From an uncultured Candidatus Rokubacteria bacterium (lineage in GTDB: Bacteria > Methylomirabilota > Methylomirabilia > Rokubacteriales > CSP1-6), in assembly GCA_963758635.1 (NCBI GenBank), contig CAVWWD010000008.1:1-64000 (forward strand): 64,000 nt of DNA. Reading direction: 5' to 3'. Position numbers and translations under genes: made by a program. Under the pieces are notes generated by a model, which saw only the letters and a program-made list of their open reading frames with translations, was not told the DNA's origin and made no database searches. The stretch's first letter is position 1; every line of letters begins with the position of its first letter. Below, piece by piece: positions 50,720-59,528 of this stretch.

Positions 50720-50895
50720 AAAGAGTCGCGACGTGCGGCGGCGCGAGCCGGAGCCCGCACCCGGGTGCCGCACGCACGACGAGGAGCAGAGTCGTTGACG
50801 CCAGGTGCGGGCGGGCGAAGCCCGGGTGCCCGCACGCACGCGAGGCAGAGTCGTTGACGCCAGGTGCGGGCGGGCGAAGCCCGGGCGCCCGCACC
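50720..50895. repeat. Tandem ~58-bp REP-like hairpin repeats (two good copies and one degenerate)
   Basis: agagtcgttgacgccaggtgcgggcgggcgaagcccggg.gcccgcac repeated between divergent genes. Confidence 0.85.
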
Positions 50896-50909
50896 CAAGG
50901 AGAAGCGCG

Positions 50910-51914
50910 ATGGCCCAGACGATGAAGGCGTGGTTCAACGTTCCCGGCCCCTCCGGCGCGGTCTTCGAGCTGCGCGAGACCCCGGTGCCATCGGCGGGGC
51001 CGGGCCAGGTGCTCGTGTCGGTGCGCGCGGCCGGCACCAACCGGGGCGAGCTGATCCGCGGCGCCGACATGCGCGCCGGGAATCCGTCGCGCGCGGGCGG
51101 GGAGTTCGCGGGAGAGATCGCCGCCCTTGGCGAGGGCGTGTCGGGCTGGGCGGTCGGGGATCGCGTGATGGGTCGCGCCACCGGCAGCTACGCGCCGTAC
51201 ACGGTGGCGGCGGCGCGCGCCCTGATGCGGATCCCCGCCGGCATGTCGTGGAGCGAGGCGGCGTCCGTGCCCAACGTGTTCGTCACCGCTCACGACGCGC
51301 TCGTGACCAACGCCGCCGTCGCGCCGGGCGAGACGGTGCTCGTCACCGCCGGCTCCTCCGGCGTGGGGACGGCGGCCGTCCAGATCGCCCGGCGAGTCGG
51401 CGCGGGACCGGTGGTGGCGACCACCCGCGCGCCCGCGAAGTCGGCGGCCCTCCGCGCCCTGGGCGCCGCCGAGGTCGTGGACACGCGGGAGGCGGATTGG
51501 CCGGAGGCCGTGCTCCGCGTCGTGGGCGAGCGCGGCGTGGACGTGATCATCGACCAGGTCGGCGGGCCGCTGCTCCCCGGCGCCGTCCGCGTGCTGGCCC
51601 TCAAGGGGCGGCTGGTGAGCGTCGGCCGGAGCGGCGGCCGGGTCGGCGAGTGCGACCTGGACGAGATTGCGCGCAAGCGGGCCCGCATCATCGGCGTTAC
51701 CTTTCGCACCCGCACGCCGGAGGAAGCGCTCGCCTGCGGCGAGCGGTTCGCCGCCCACCTGCTCGACGCGGTCGCCGAGGGCGCGCTCAAGCCGGTGGTG
51801 GATCGCTCGTTCCCCTTCGAGCGCCTCGCCGACGCCCACGCCTACATGCTGAGCGACGCGCAGACGGGGAAGATCGTGCTCGCGGTCGCCGGTGGCGGGC
51901 ACCCCGCGCCATGA
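50910..51914 (+). CDS. MDR family NADPH:quinone oxidoreductase / zinc-binding dehydrogenase
   Basis: VRAAGTNRGE, GGEFAGEI, TAGSSGVGTAAVQIA, GVDVIID, GKIVL. Confidence 0.9.
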   Translation: MAQTMKAWFNVPGPSGAVFELRETPVPSAGPGQVLVSVRAAGTNRGELIRGADMRAGNPSRAGGEFAGEIAALGEGVSGWAVGDRVMGRATGSYAPYTVAAARALMRIPAGMSWSEAASVPNVFVTAHDALVTNAAVAPGETVLVTAGSSGVGTAAVQIARRVGAGPVVATTRAPAKSAALRALGAAEVVDTREADWPEAVLRVVGERGVDVIIDQVGGPLLPGAVRVLALKGRLVSVGRSGGRVGECDLDEIARKRARIIGVTFRTRTPEEALACGERFAAHLLDAVAEGALKPVVDRSFPFERLADAHAYMLSDAQTGKIVLAVAGGGHPAP

Positions 51915-52366
51915 AGTGGGTGACCCGCGAGCGTGTCCGGATGGATCGCGTCGCCTGCGCGTGGCTCATCAGGAACTTCATCGACAAGGACGCGGAGTTC
52001 CAGTTCGTCTCGCCGCAGGACGCGCCCCAGCACGCGCGCCGCGATGACGCGATCGCGTTCGTCCTGCCCGGGGCCGAGCTCGCCCGGAAGGGCGAGCGGA
52101 TCACGCTCGACGCGATGCTCGAGAAGTACGGCCTGACCGATCCCGCCCTCGCGAAGCTGGCCGACATCGTGCGCGCCGCCGACATCCGGGGGCTCGCGAT
52201 CGACGCCCCGGAGGCGGATGGTGTGCGGGCCATCGTGCACGGGTTCTTCCTGCTGAACCTGCCGGACGGAGAGGCCCTCGAGCGCCAGTATCCGCTGTTC
52301 GACGCGCTCTACCGGTACTGCCAGGAGCAGGTCGCCCGGCCGGCGGAGGGCCGCGCCGCGTCCTGA
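51911..52366 (+). CDS. Chromate resistance ChrB C-terminal domain protein
   Basis: MKWVTRERVRMDRVACAWLIRNFIDKDAEF...LADIVRAAD...FDALY. Confidence 0.88.
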   Translation: MKWVTRERVRMDRVACAWLIRNFIDKDAEFQFVSPQDAPQHARRDDAIAFVLPGAELARKGERITLDAMLEKYGLTDPALAKLADIVRAADIRGLAIDAPEADGVRAIVHGFFLLNLPDGEALERQYPLFDALYRYCQEQVARPAEGRAAS

Positions 52367-52381
52367 TCCGCCGGGCGCGAG

Positions 52382-52463
52382 CTCGTAAGCCCCGGCGCAT
52401 CAGACTAACGCCGAGCGGTGGGACTATAGAGGCCCGTGGCGGTGACCGTATTCTGCGAGGGTC
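52382..52463 (+). repeat. ~80-bp dispersed repeat, copy 2 of 4 (ATG changed to ACG)
   Basis: Aligns with copies at 21743, 54288 and 61637. Confidence 0.9.
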
Positions 52464-52497
52464 ACTGGCGGGGCGCGGCGGGCGCCCGGGTCGTGCG

Positions 52498-53070
52498 TCA
52501 GCGCATGAACGCGCGCAGGGCCCCGCGCAGCCCGTCCCACAGCCGGCCGCGCCACGTGCCGGGCGGAAGCATCCGCTGCCGCGTCGTGCGCGCCTGCACG
52601 ATCCACCGCCACGCGACGGAGGACTCCATGCGATCGAGCTGGGCGCGCACCTCCTCGTAGAGCCCGCGCGTCCGGCCGTGCTCGGTTCGCTCGGCCTCGA
52701 GCAGCGCCGACACGCGCTCCACGTCCTGCCGCAGCTCGTTGATGGTGTTCTGCCGCTCGGCGATCGTGTTCCGGAGCTGCTCCTCGTCGTACTCGCGCTC
52801 GCGAGCCGCGAGCTCCAGGTCCTGCGCGAGCTCGATCTCCGTCTTCCACGCGTGAGGGGCGGCCGCGCGGTCGAGGTCGAGCACTACCGCGGCATCGCAG
52901 GAAGCCGGCGCCTCCGCGCCCACGGGTGCCAGGCGGCCTCCGATCTCCTTTCCGAGCCGCCCCCGCGCATCCGGTGAGAGGTCCCCCACGACGCACACGT
53001 GGCCGGCGCCGCGCAGGAACGGGATCAGCGTGTCGACGAGCGCCGCTTCGAGCGCGTCCGGCCGCGACAT
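52498..53070 (-). CDS. Hypothetical coiled-coil protein in a glycosyltransferase cluster
   Basis: Heptad-rich middle region; LDRMESSVAWRWI..R...LPPGTWRGRLW tail. Confidence 0.7.
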   Translation of the reverse strand: MSRPDALEAALVDTLIPFLRGAGHVCVVGDLSPDARGRLGKEIGGRLAPVGAEAPASCDAAVVLDLDRAAAPHAWKTEIELAQDLELAAREREYDEEQLRNTIAERQNTINELRQDVERVSALLEAERTEHGRTRGLYEEVRAQLDRMESSVAWRWIVQARTTRQRMLPPGTWRGRLWDGLRGALRAFMR

Positions 53071-53131
53071 GGCGGGGAGGATAGCACACGGTCCGCGGGC
53101 GCCCGGCGCGGTGCTGGCCGCGGCGCGAGGG

Positions 53132-54286
53132 TCATTGGCCGCCGGCGGCGCGTCGCGTGTCGCCGAGGATCGCGTCCAGGTGGAGCGAAAGCTGGTGGCG
53201 GAGGTCGAACGCGCTCACGTCCATCCGGCGGATCGCCGCCTCGATGTCCTTCCGCGCCGCCGGCTCCGCGTGGCGGACGAGCAGGCGGGCGAGGGCATCC
53301 GGATCGTCGCGCGGGAAGAGCGCGCCGCGCTCGCCCTCGACCACGAGGCCCCGGATGCCCTTCACGTCGCTGCCGATCACCATGCGGCCCGCGGCGAAGG
53401 CCTCGAGCACGACGATGGGATTGCCCTCGGCGAGCGACGGCAGCACCAGCAGCTCGGCGCCGCGCATGAACGCCCACACCTCCTCCCGCGGCACGGCGCC
53501 CAGGAAGTGCACGCGCGCCGCGCAGCCCAGCCGATCGGCCTCGGCGCGGAGCCGCCGATCCTCGGCGCCGTCCCCGGCGAGGAGCAGGTCCACGCCGGGG
53601 ATCCGGTCCGCCACCGATGCGAACGCCGCCAGCAGGACGGAGACGTTCTTGACGGGCTCGAGCCGCCCCGCGAAGAGCACGTAGGGCCGCGGCCGGCTCC
53701 GCGGCGCTTGTCGGCGGACGGCGTCGACGTCGATCCCGTTGGGAATCAGGCGGATGCGCCCGGCCACGCCCGGCCACGCCTCCACCGCTTCGTCGCGGAG
53801 CTCGACGGACGGCGCCACCACCACGTCCGCGGTGCGGAACGCCGCGACGACCAGCCAGCGGAACACGCGCCATTGCCGTTGCAGCAGGCGGAGCTCCGCG
53901 CCGTGCAGGTAGACGACGATCCGGCCGCGGAAGAGGCCCAGCCGGCGGAGGGCGAGCGGGTACCACGCGGCGTGGTCGAGCCGGGCGATGCAGATCGCGG
54001 CCACGTCGCCGCGGCGCGCGAGCGCGCGGAACCACGCGAGGTGCCGTACCGCCCGCCGGAGGAAGCCCGGCAGCGCGGCGCGCGTCCGCGGGATCTCCGG
54101 CGCCTCGCGCCGGATGACCACGGCGCCCCGTCGCCGGCCGATCGCGCGGCCCGGGGCCGGCGTCTCCGTCCAGACGGTCACGCGGATCCCCTGCGCGGCG
54201 AGCAGGGCCACGAGGTCGTCGAAGAGCGACTGCGCCCCGCCGCCGTATGGGTAGAACGTCGGCGAGACGACGAGGACGCGCGTCAA
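53132..54286 (-). CDS. Glycosyltransferase family 4 (TTG start; alternative ATG at 54343 inside the repeat)
   Basis: PYGGGAQ, IPNGID, LFAGRLEPVKN, PSLAEGNPIVVLEA. Confidence 0.9.
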   Translation of the reverse strand: MTRVLVVSPTFYPYGGGAQSLFDDLVALLAAQGIRVTVWTETPAPGRAIGRRRGAVVIRREAPEIPRTRAALPGFLRRAVRHLAWFRALARRGDVAAICIARLDHAAWYPLALRRLGLFRGRIVVYLHGAELRLLQRQWRVFRWLVVAAFRTADVVVAPSVELRDEAVEAWPGVAGRIRLIPNGIDVDAVRRQAPRSRPRPYVLFAGRLEPVKNVSVLLAAFASVADRIPGVDLLLAGDGAEDRRLRAEADRLGCAARVHFLGAVPREEVWAFMRGAELLVLPSLAEGNPIVVLEAFAAGRMVIGSDVKGIRGLVVEGERGALFPRDDPDALARLLVRHAEPAARKDIEAAIRRMDVSAFDLRHQLSLHLDAILGDTRRAAGGQ

Positions 54287-54287
54287 T

Positions 54288-54369
54288 GACCTTTGCAGGG
54301 TCTGGTCACCGCCACGGGCCCCTATAGTCCTACCGCTTGCCATGAGTCTGATGCGCTGAGGCTCACGAG
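54288..54369 (-). repeat. ~80-bp dispersed repeat, copy 3 of 4
   Basis: Reverse complement ctcgtgagcc..cagactcatggcaagcggtaggactataggggcccgtggcggtgacc..ctgcaaaggtc. Confidence 0.85.
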
Positions 54370-55445
54370 CATGCGCGCGCGATCACCGGAGCGTAGGTGG
54401 CCGCCCGGGCGTCCCAGGTGTGGTGGGCGAGCACATGCGCGGTGGCGGCGTCGCGGTCCCAGGCGGCGCCGGCCACGCGCGCGACCGCCGCCGCCATCCC
54501 GTCCACGTCGCCGTTGGCCACGACCTCGCCCATGGCGAGATCCGTCACGAGGCGCTCGTTGGGGAACCCCGACTCGCACACCACCGGAAGGCCCACGCGC
54601 AGGTAGTGGTAGATCTTGGTCGACTCGTTCTCGTTGGGCGCTGCGCCCAGGGCCAGGACCAGCCCCACGTCGGCCGCGCGCATCCAGTCCCACGCGCGCT
54701 CGTGCGCCACCGCGCCCACGCTGCGCACGGCGTTCGCGTCCAGGCCGGTGGTGTCGCCGCCGCCCAGGAAGTAGACGCGGATCCGGTGATCGAGGAGCCG
54801 CCGGCCGAGGGCGTTCAGCGACGCGGTGAGCCGCTGGTTGGCCGCGGGCTGCGCGCGCAGGCTGTAGATGTTCCCCGCGAAGAGGCAGCGGCGCCAGCCG
54901 TCGCGCTCGTACGGATCGGGACCGGGCCGGGGCAGGCGCGCGTCGGCGGCCCCGGGCACGAGCAGCACGTTCCCGCGGTCGCCGAAGCACTCCTGCCAGC
55001 GCCGGCGCGACGGCTCCGTGAGCACGGTCACGTAGCGGCTCGTCGCGGCGATGCGCTGCTGCGTCTCGAAGAGCCGCTGGCGCACCTCGCCGTGGAAGTA
55101 GACGGCGGGCGTGTCCTCGGGCCCGACGACGGAGCCGAGCTTGGAGACGATGAAGGGGTGGCGGGCGCCCCCGAACGTCTCCAGGGTCTCGAAACCCTGG
55201 TGGAAGAGCGTCTTGACCATGTCGTAGCGGTCCCAGCGGACCCGGCCGAGGGCCACGCGCCGCAGGCGCGGCCCCATCGGGACCCGCACGAAGCGGCGCC
55301 AGCGCCCCGGCTCGCAGGTCGCGATGTCCACCGTGTGCCCCATCGCGGCGAGGGCCTCCGACATCTTGAGCCATCGGATGTACGACATGTCGGTGGGCAC
55401 GAACGGCCGGCGCGCGCTCGCGTAGACGGTGACGATGCGCGCCAC
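54363..55445 (-). CDS. Glycosyltransferase (GT-B, family 4-like)
   Basis: MSEALAAMGHTVDIA, CLFAGNI, KIYHYLRVGLPVV, HTWDARA. Confidence 0.8.
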   Translation of the reverse strand: MARIVTVYASARRPFVPTDMSYIRWLKMSEALAAMGHTVDIATCEPGRWRRFVRVPMGPRLRRVALGRVRWDRYDMVKTLFHQGFETLETFGGARHPFIVSKLGSVVGPEDTPAVYFHGEVRQRLFETQQRIAATSRYVTVLTEPSRRRWQECFGDRGNVLLVPGAADARLPRPGPDPYERDGWRRCLFAGNIYSLRAQPAANQRLTASLNALGRRLLDHRIRVYFLGGGDTTGLDANAVRSVGAVAHERAWDWMRAADVGLVLALGAAPNENESTKIYHYLRVGLPVVCESGFPNERLVTDLAMGEVVANGDVDGMAAAVARVAGAAWDRDAATAHVLAHHTWDARAATYAPVIARACS

Positions 55446-55449
55446 GGGC

Positions 55450-57078
55450 TCACTGCCCCAGGTAGCACTGCTCGAGCCGGGGCAGGATGCGCTCGGCCGC
55501 GAACGCCTCCACGCGCACACGGCCGCGGGCCACGCGCTCGCGCGCCTCGTCCGGCCGCTCGAGGGTGCGCGAGAGGGCCGCGGCGAGCGCGTCCACGTCG
55601 CCCGGCTCGTAGAGGAGCGCGCACCGGCCGTCCTCGACGATCTCGGCAGCGCCGAGCCGGCAGCGCAACGTCACGATCGGCACCTCGCAGGCCAGCGCCT
55701 CCACCAGCACCCGCGGCGACGCCTCGCCGAAGTGCGACGTGAAGGCGAGCGCGCGCGCCTGGCGGAAGCACGGGTAGGGGTCGTCGACGTGGCCGGGCAT
55801 GCGCACGTGCGCGGCCACGCCCTCCCGCGCCGCGTGGTCGGCGAGGGCCTCGCGGTCGGGGCCCTCGCCCAGGATCAGCAGCGACAGGCGGGGATGCCGC
55901 TCGCGCACGCGGCGGAACGCGCTGACGAGGTCGGGGAACGCCTTCATCTCGGCGAGGCGGCCGCACGCGACGACGTATTCGCCGAGCCCCGCCGCCACGG
56001 GCGGTAGCGGGCCCGCCGCCGCGGTCCGGATGGCGGCGAGAGGAAACGGGTTGAAGATCGTCTGGACGTGCGAGCGCTCGAGGCCGAGAAAGCCGGCTGC
56101 ATCGTCACCCACCTCGGCGGAGACGGCGACGATCGCGTCCAGCCGGCGGTGCATCCGCCGCGCGAGAGAGACGAGCGACGGCGAGACTTTCGTCCGCGCG
56201 AGGAGGCTCGACTCGTTGTGGATCTGCCCGATCGCCCGCAGCCGGCCGCCCGAGATCACCTTGGCCAGCCCGGCCACGGTGTTAGGCCGCAGCCCGTGGC
56301 CGACCACGATCCGCGCGCCGCGCCTGAGCGAGAGGAAGGCCAGCCGCGCGGCCTGGCGCACGAGTGTGCCGCGGCCGCGAAGCGCCCAGTCTCGGACGGG
56401 GATGCCGTCCCGGGCGAACGCGGCGAGGGTGGGGTTGGGCCGGCCCGACAGCTCGCGCACGACGTGCCACGAGACCACGTCGACGGAGTAGCCGCGGGCC
56501 GCGAACCAGGACGCCTTGATCTCGATGCCGCGGCCAACGCCGCCTCCGTGGAGGAAGTCGGCCACGAAGACGAGCCCGCGGCGGGGGGCCAGCGCGCCGC
56601 CCCTATCCGCAGATCTGCCGGAGGATCCCGCGGAACTCGGTGGACGGGACTCGGGGGAGTCGAGGAACGCGCGCACCGCGTCACCCACGCCCTGCGCGTT
56701 GCAGTTCCTCCGGAGGAAGTCCGACCACGCGGCCGGGCTGCCGAGGTCGGCGCCTCGGGAGAGCGCCTGCTCGAAGAGATGGTCGATGAAGCCGGTCCGC
56801 GCCAGCTGGGGGGAGCGCCGATGGATGAGGTCGCGGAGGTCCGCCCTCGCCTCCCGCGGCGCGGCGAGCGGGCCGGCGGCGAGGACGAGCCGAGTCCTCG
56901 CGCGGCTCGCGGCGGCCGGCGTGGCGACATCGATCTCGGATAGCTGGTCGTGCGCTGTTACGGGGTGCCATCGGCCCTCCTCGAATGGGGAATCCGCTCC
57001 GGAATTCTCGGCGGGTCGGCGCGCTTCTGTCAAGGACTCACGCGGTCGAGGGTGCGCCGCCGGGACGGCCTGGCGCAT
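55450..57078 (-). CDS. Glycosyltransferase family 4 with N-terminal extension (start uncertain)
   Basis: GGGVGR, IFNP, CGRLAEMKAF, LILGEGP, TSHFGEASPRVLVEALACEVP. Confidence 0.8.
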   Translation of the reverse strand: MRQAVPAAHPRPRESLTEARRPAENSGADSPFEEGRWHPVTAHDQLSEIDVATPAAASRARTRLVLAAGPLAAPREARADLRDLIHRRSPQLARTGFIDHLFEQALSRGADLGSPAAWSDFLRRNCNAQGVGDAVRAFLDSPESRPPSSAGSSGRSADRGGALAPRRGLVFVADFLHGGGVGRGIEIKASWFAARGYSVDVVSWHVVRELSGRPNPTLAAFARDGIPVRDWALRGRGTLVRQAARLAFLSLRRGARIVVGHGLRPNTVAGLAKVISGGRLRAIGQIHNESSLLARTKVSPSLVSLARRMHRRLDAIVAVSAEVGDDAAGFLGLERSHVQTIFNPFPLAAIRTAAAGPLPPVAAGLGEYVVACGRLAEMKAFPDLVSAFRRVRERHPRLSLLILGEGPDREALADHAAREGVAAHVRMPGHVDDPYPCFRQARALAFTSHFGEASPRVLVEALACEVPIVTLRCRLGAAEIVEDGRCALLYEPGDVDALAAALSRTLERPDEARERVARGRVRVEAFAAERILPRLEQCYLGQ

Positions 57079-57718
57079 CGGCGTCTTGCGACGCGCCCGC
57101 GACCAGGTCGGCGAGGGCGAGGCTCGCGGGATCGCCCTGCGCGCGCAGGCCGGCGACCACGCCGGCGCGGTCGGGGAGCGCCCGGTTCTGGCTCATCTTC
57201 CACTTGCCCTCGAGGCGGGTCACGGAGATCTCGATCCCCACGATGCCCGTGAGCTGGCGCTCCACGTAGTCCTCCGGCGCGTCCGTCACGCGCCAGGGCT
57301 CACGGCGTCCCGACTCGTGCCGGTCGGTCAGTCGCGTGACCAGCCGGCGCAGCCAGGCCGGGTCCTCGATCACGCGCAGCGGACCGTAGGCGTGGACCAC
57401 CGCGTAGTTCCACGTGGGCACCACCTTGCCGCCGTCCGCCTTGCTCGGGTACCACGCGGGCGTGACGTAGCCCTGGACACCCTGGAACACGGCCAGCGTA
57501 TCAACGTCGCGCCGGGCCGTTTGCCACACCGGGTTGGACCGCGAGACGTGTCCCTGGAGCGTGCCGAACGGGCCCGGGCCGGGCTCGATCTCCATCGGGA
57601 TGTGATCGGCGGCCAGCCCCGCCGGCGACAGCGTCACGAGCGTGGCGAGGCTGTGCCGGCGGATGAGCTCGTGCAGGACGGGCACGCGGGCCTCGGTGAA
57701 GTGCCGGGGGACGTACAT
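57038..57718 (-). CDS. paiB: FMN-binding negative transcriptional regulator (PaiB family)
   Basis: MYVPRHF, GHVSRSNP, YVTPAWY, VPTWNYAVVH, GKWKMSQNR. Confidence 0.9.
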   Translation of the reverse strand: MYVPRHFTEARVPVLHELIRRHSLATLVTLSPAGLAADHIPMEIEPGPGPFGTLQGHVSRSNPVWQTARRDVDTLAVFQGVQGYVTPAWYPSKADGGKVVPTWNYAVVHAYGPLRVIEDPAWLRRLVTRLTDRHESGRREPWRVTDAPEDYVERQLTGIVGIEISVTRLEGKWKMSQNRALPDRAGVVAGLRAQGDPASLALADLVAGASQDADAPGRPGGAPSTA

Positions 57719-57728
57719 CGGCGGCTCC

Positions 57729-58787
57729 TCAGGCGTGGCGGTGCGGGCGCCCGCGCTCGTAGTGCGCGCGGAGCAGGTCGGCGCCGAAGTCGTTCCGGGC
57801 GTCACGCCACACCGAGTGAATGTGGTTCGCGTCGTTCTGCGTGTTGTCCAGCTCGATCAGGAGCGTCGGCCCGTGGATGCGGTAGTAGTGGGCGTGCGGG
57901 GCATCGATGGGGCCCGCCCACGCGAAGTGCAGCCGCTCGAGGCCGGCCTCGCGGATCCGGCGGAGCTCCTCGTCGGCCAGCTCCGCGCGCATGTTCCGCG
58001 CGAACTCCTCGACGAGCCGCGCGAGCTCTCCGCGCTGGGCGGGCGACAGGTCCGCCGCCGGCACGCCGGCGGGAGCGGCCAGGCTCTCCGTCCGCCCGGG
58101 GCCGGACACGATGTCGCCCAGCGACCGGTCGCCGATCAGCATGCGGCGGCGCTGCGTGGCGTCCATCGACTGGGCGAGGGCGCGGCCCAGGTCTTCCTCG
58201 CGGCCGAGCGCGCGCAGTCCCTTGAGCGCGCCCGCGCGCACGTCGGCGGGGTTGGCCCCGAAGAAGGCCGGGGTGACGGCGACGGGCTTGCCGGGGACCA
58301 GCGTGAAGTTGAGCGAGAGATGGTGGCCCTCGAGGCGCCAGCCCCACGGGGCCGCGGCCCCGGGCGCGCCGAAGACCGTGACCGCGTAGTTGTCGGGATC
58401 GCGCGTGAGGCCGCCGAACGTCTCGAGCTGCCGCAGCACGCCCTCCAGCCGCACCACGTTGACCGCCTTCGCGTAGCCCGCGCCGCTCAGGCTCGCCTTC
58501 ATCAGCTCGTGGGCGGCGGCGCGCGCCGGCCCCGTCATCTCCTTGAACGGCACGCCCTCGCGGCTGCGCGGCACGTAGTGCCAGTTGCGCCGCTCCGCGT
58601 GGTCGAACGGGAAGACGGCGCGCCGCCGCGTCTCCGCCGAGAGCGCGGCGAGGAAGGCCCCGGCGTGCGCGGCCATCGCGGCGCGGGCCCCATCGGCGAC
58701 CTGGGCAAGGAGCGGGCGCGGCGCCATCGCCGCGCCCGCGGCGGCCACCGCCCCGTGCAGGAGCCCGCGCCGCGTGAGGCGGCTCAT
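57729..58787 (-). CDS. DUF3500 domain protein (Tat signal)
   Basis: TRRGLL, WHYVP, WGWRLEGHHLSLNFT, HYYRIHGPTLLIELDNTQNDANHIHSVWRD. Confidence 0.88.
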   Translation of the reverse strand: MSRLTRRGLLHGAVAAAGAAMAPRPLLAQVADGARAAMAAHAGAFLAALSAETRRRAVFPFDHAERRNWHYVPRSREGVPFKEMTGPARAAAHELMKASLSGAGYAKAVNVVRLEGVLRQLETFGGLTRDPDNYAVTVFGAPGAAAPWGWRLEGHHLSLNFTLVPGKPVAVTPAFFGANPADVRAGALKGLRALGREEDLGRALAQSMDATQRRRMLIGDRSLGDIVSGPGRTESLAAPAGVPAADLSPAQRGELARLVEEFARNMRAELADEELRRIREAGLERLHFAWAGPIDAPHAHYYRIHGPTLLIELDNTQNDANHIHSVWRDARNDFGADLLRAHYERGRPHRHA

Positions 58788-58794
58788 CCCTCGG

Positions 58795-59502
58795 TCACGA
58801 GTACTTCACGGTGCAGCCGTAGGCGCGGGTGACCGGCGTCTTCACCGGCTGGCCCGCGGCCACCGCGTCCAGCGCCGCGCGCACGTAGTTGGTGGCGCCG
58901 GGCACGTCGGCGCGACGCGACGTGGGCCGGTCGTCGATCGCGCCCGCGTAGACGAGCAGGCCGGCCTTGTCGATCACGTACATGTGGGGCGTGTTGGTCG
59001 CGCCGTACATCTTGCCGACGGCGCCGGTGGGATCCAGGAGGACCGCGGTGGGGCCGGCCTTGCGGCTCGTCGTGAGCTCGTCGGCCTGGGCTGCGGTCAC
59101 GAAGCCCTGCGTGCCCGGCGAGGACGAGATGACGGTGAGCCAGACCACGCCGCGGCCCGCCGCCTCCTTCTGGAGCCCCTGCATGTTGGCGGTGTCGTAG
59201 TGCTTCCGGACGTACGGGCAGTCGTGGTTCGTCCACTCCAGCACGACGAGCTTGCCGCGCTGGTCGGCGAGGGCCACGTTCTTCCCGGTGGTGGCGAGCG
59301 CCGAGAAGACGGGCGCGGGCTCGCCCACCTTCGCGGACGACCACGCGAGGCGGGGCACGACGATGGTGCCGGCGGCGAGCGTGCCCAGCGACGTGCCGGC
59401 GAGGAATGCGCGACGGGTCAGCCCTTGCTTGGCGAGGTGAGCCGAAGGCGAGCCGAGCGTATAGGGAAATGCCTTGGAAACGTCCATCTTGGAGATGTCC
59501 AC
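58795..59502 (-). CDS. Redoxin/thioredoxin-like protein (Tat signal)
   Basis: TRRAFL, VVLEWTNHDCPYVRKHY, YGATNTPHMYVID, YAGAIDD, AYGCTVKY. Confidence 0.88.
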   Translation of the reverse strand: MDISKMDVSKAFPYTLGSPSAHLAKQGLTRRAFLAGTSLGTLAAGTIVVPRLAWSSAKVGEPAPVFSALATTGKNVALADQRGKLVVLEWTNHDCPYVRKHYDTANMQGLQKEAAGRGVVWLTVISSSPGTQGFVTAAQADELTTSRKAGPTAVLLDPTGAVGKMYGATNTPHMYVIDKAGLLVYAGAIDDRPTSRRADVPGATNYVRAALDAVAAGQPVKTPVTRAYGCTVKYS

Positions 59503-59528
59503 GATGTCTCCTCCTTGTTCCTCGAGGA

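Noticed and set aside
50720..50895. Possible CRISPR array
   Set aside because: Only 2-3 units, no unique spacers, and no cas genes in the window
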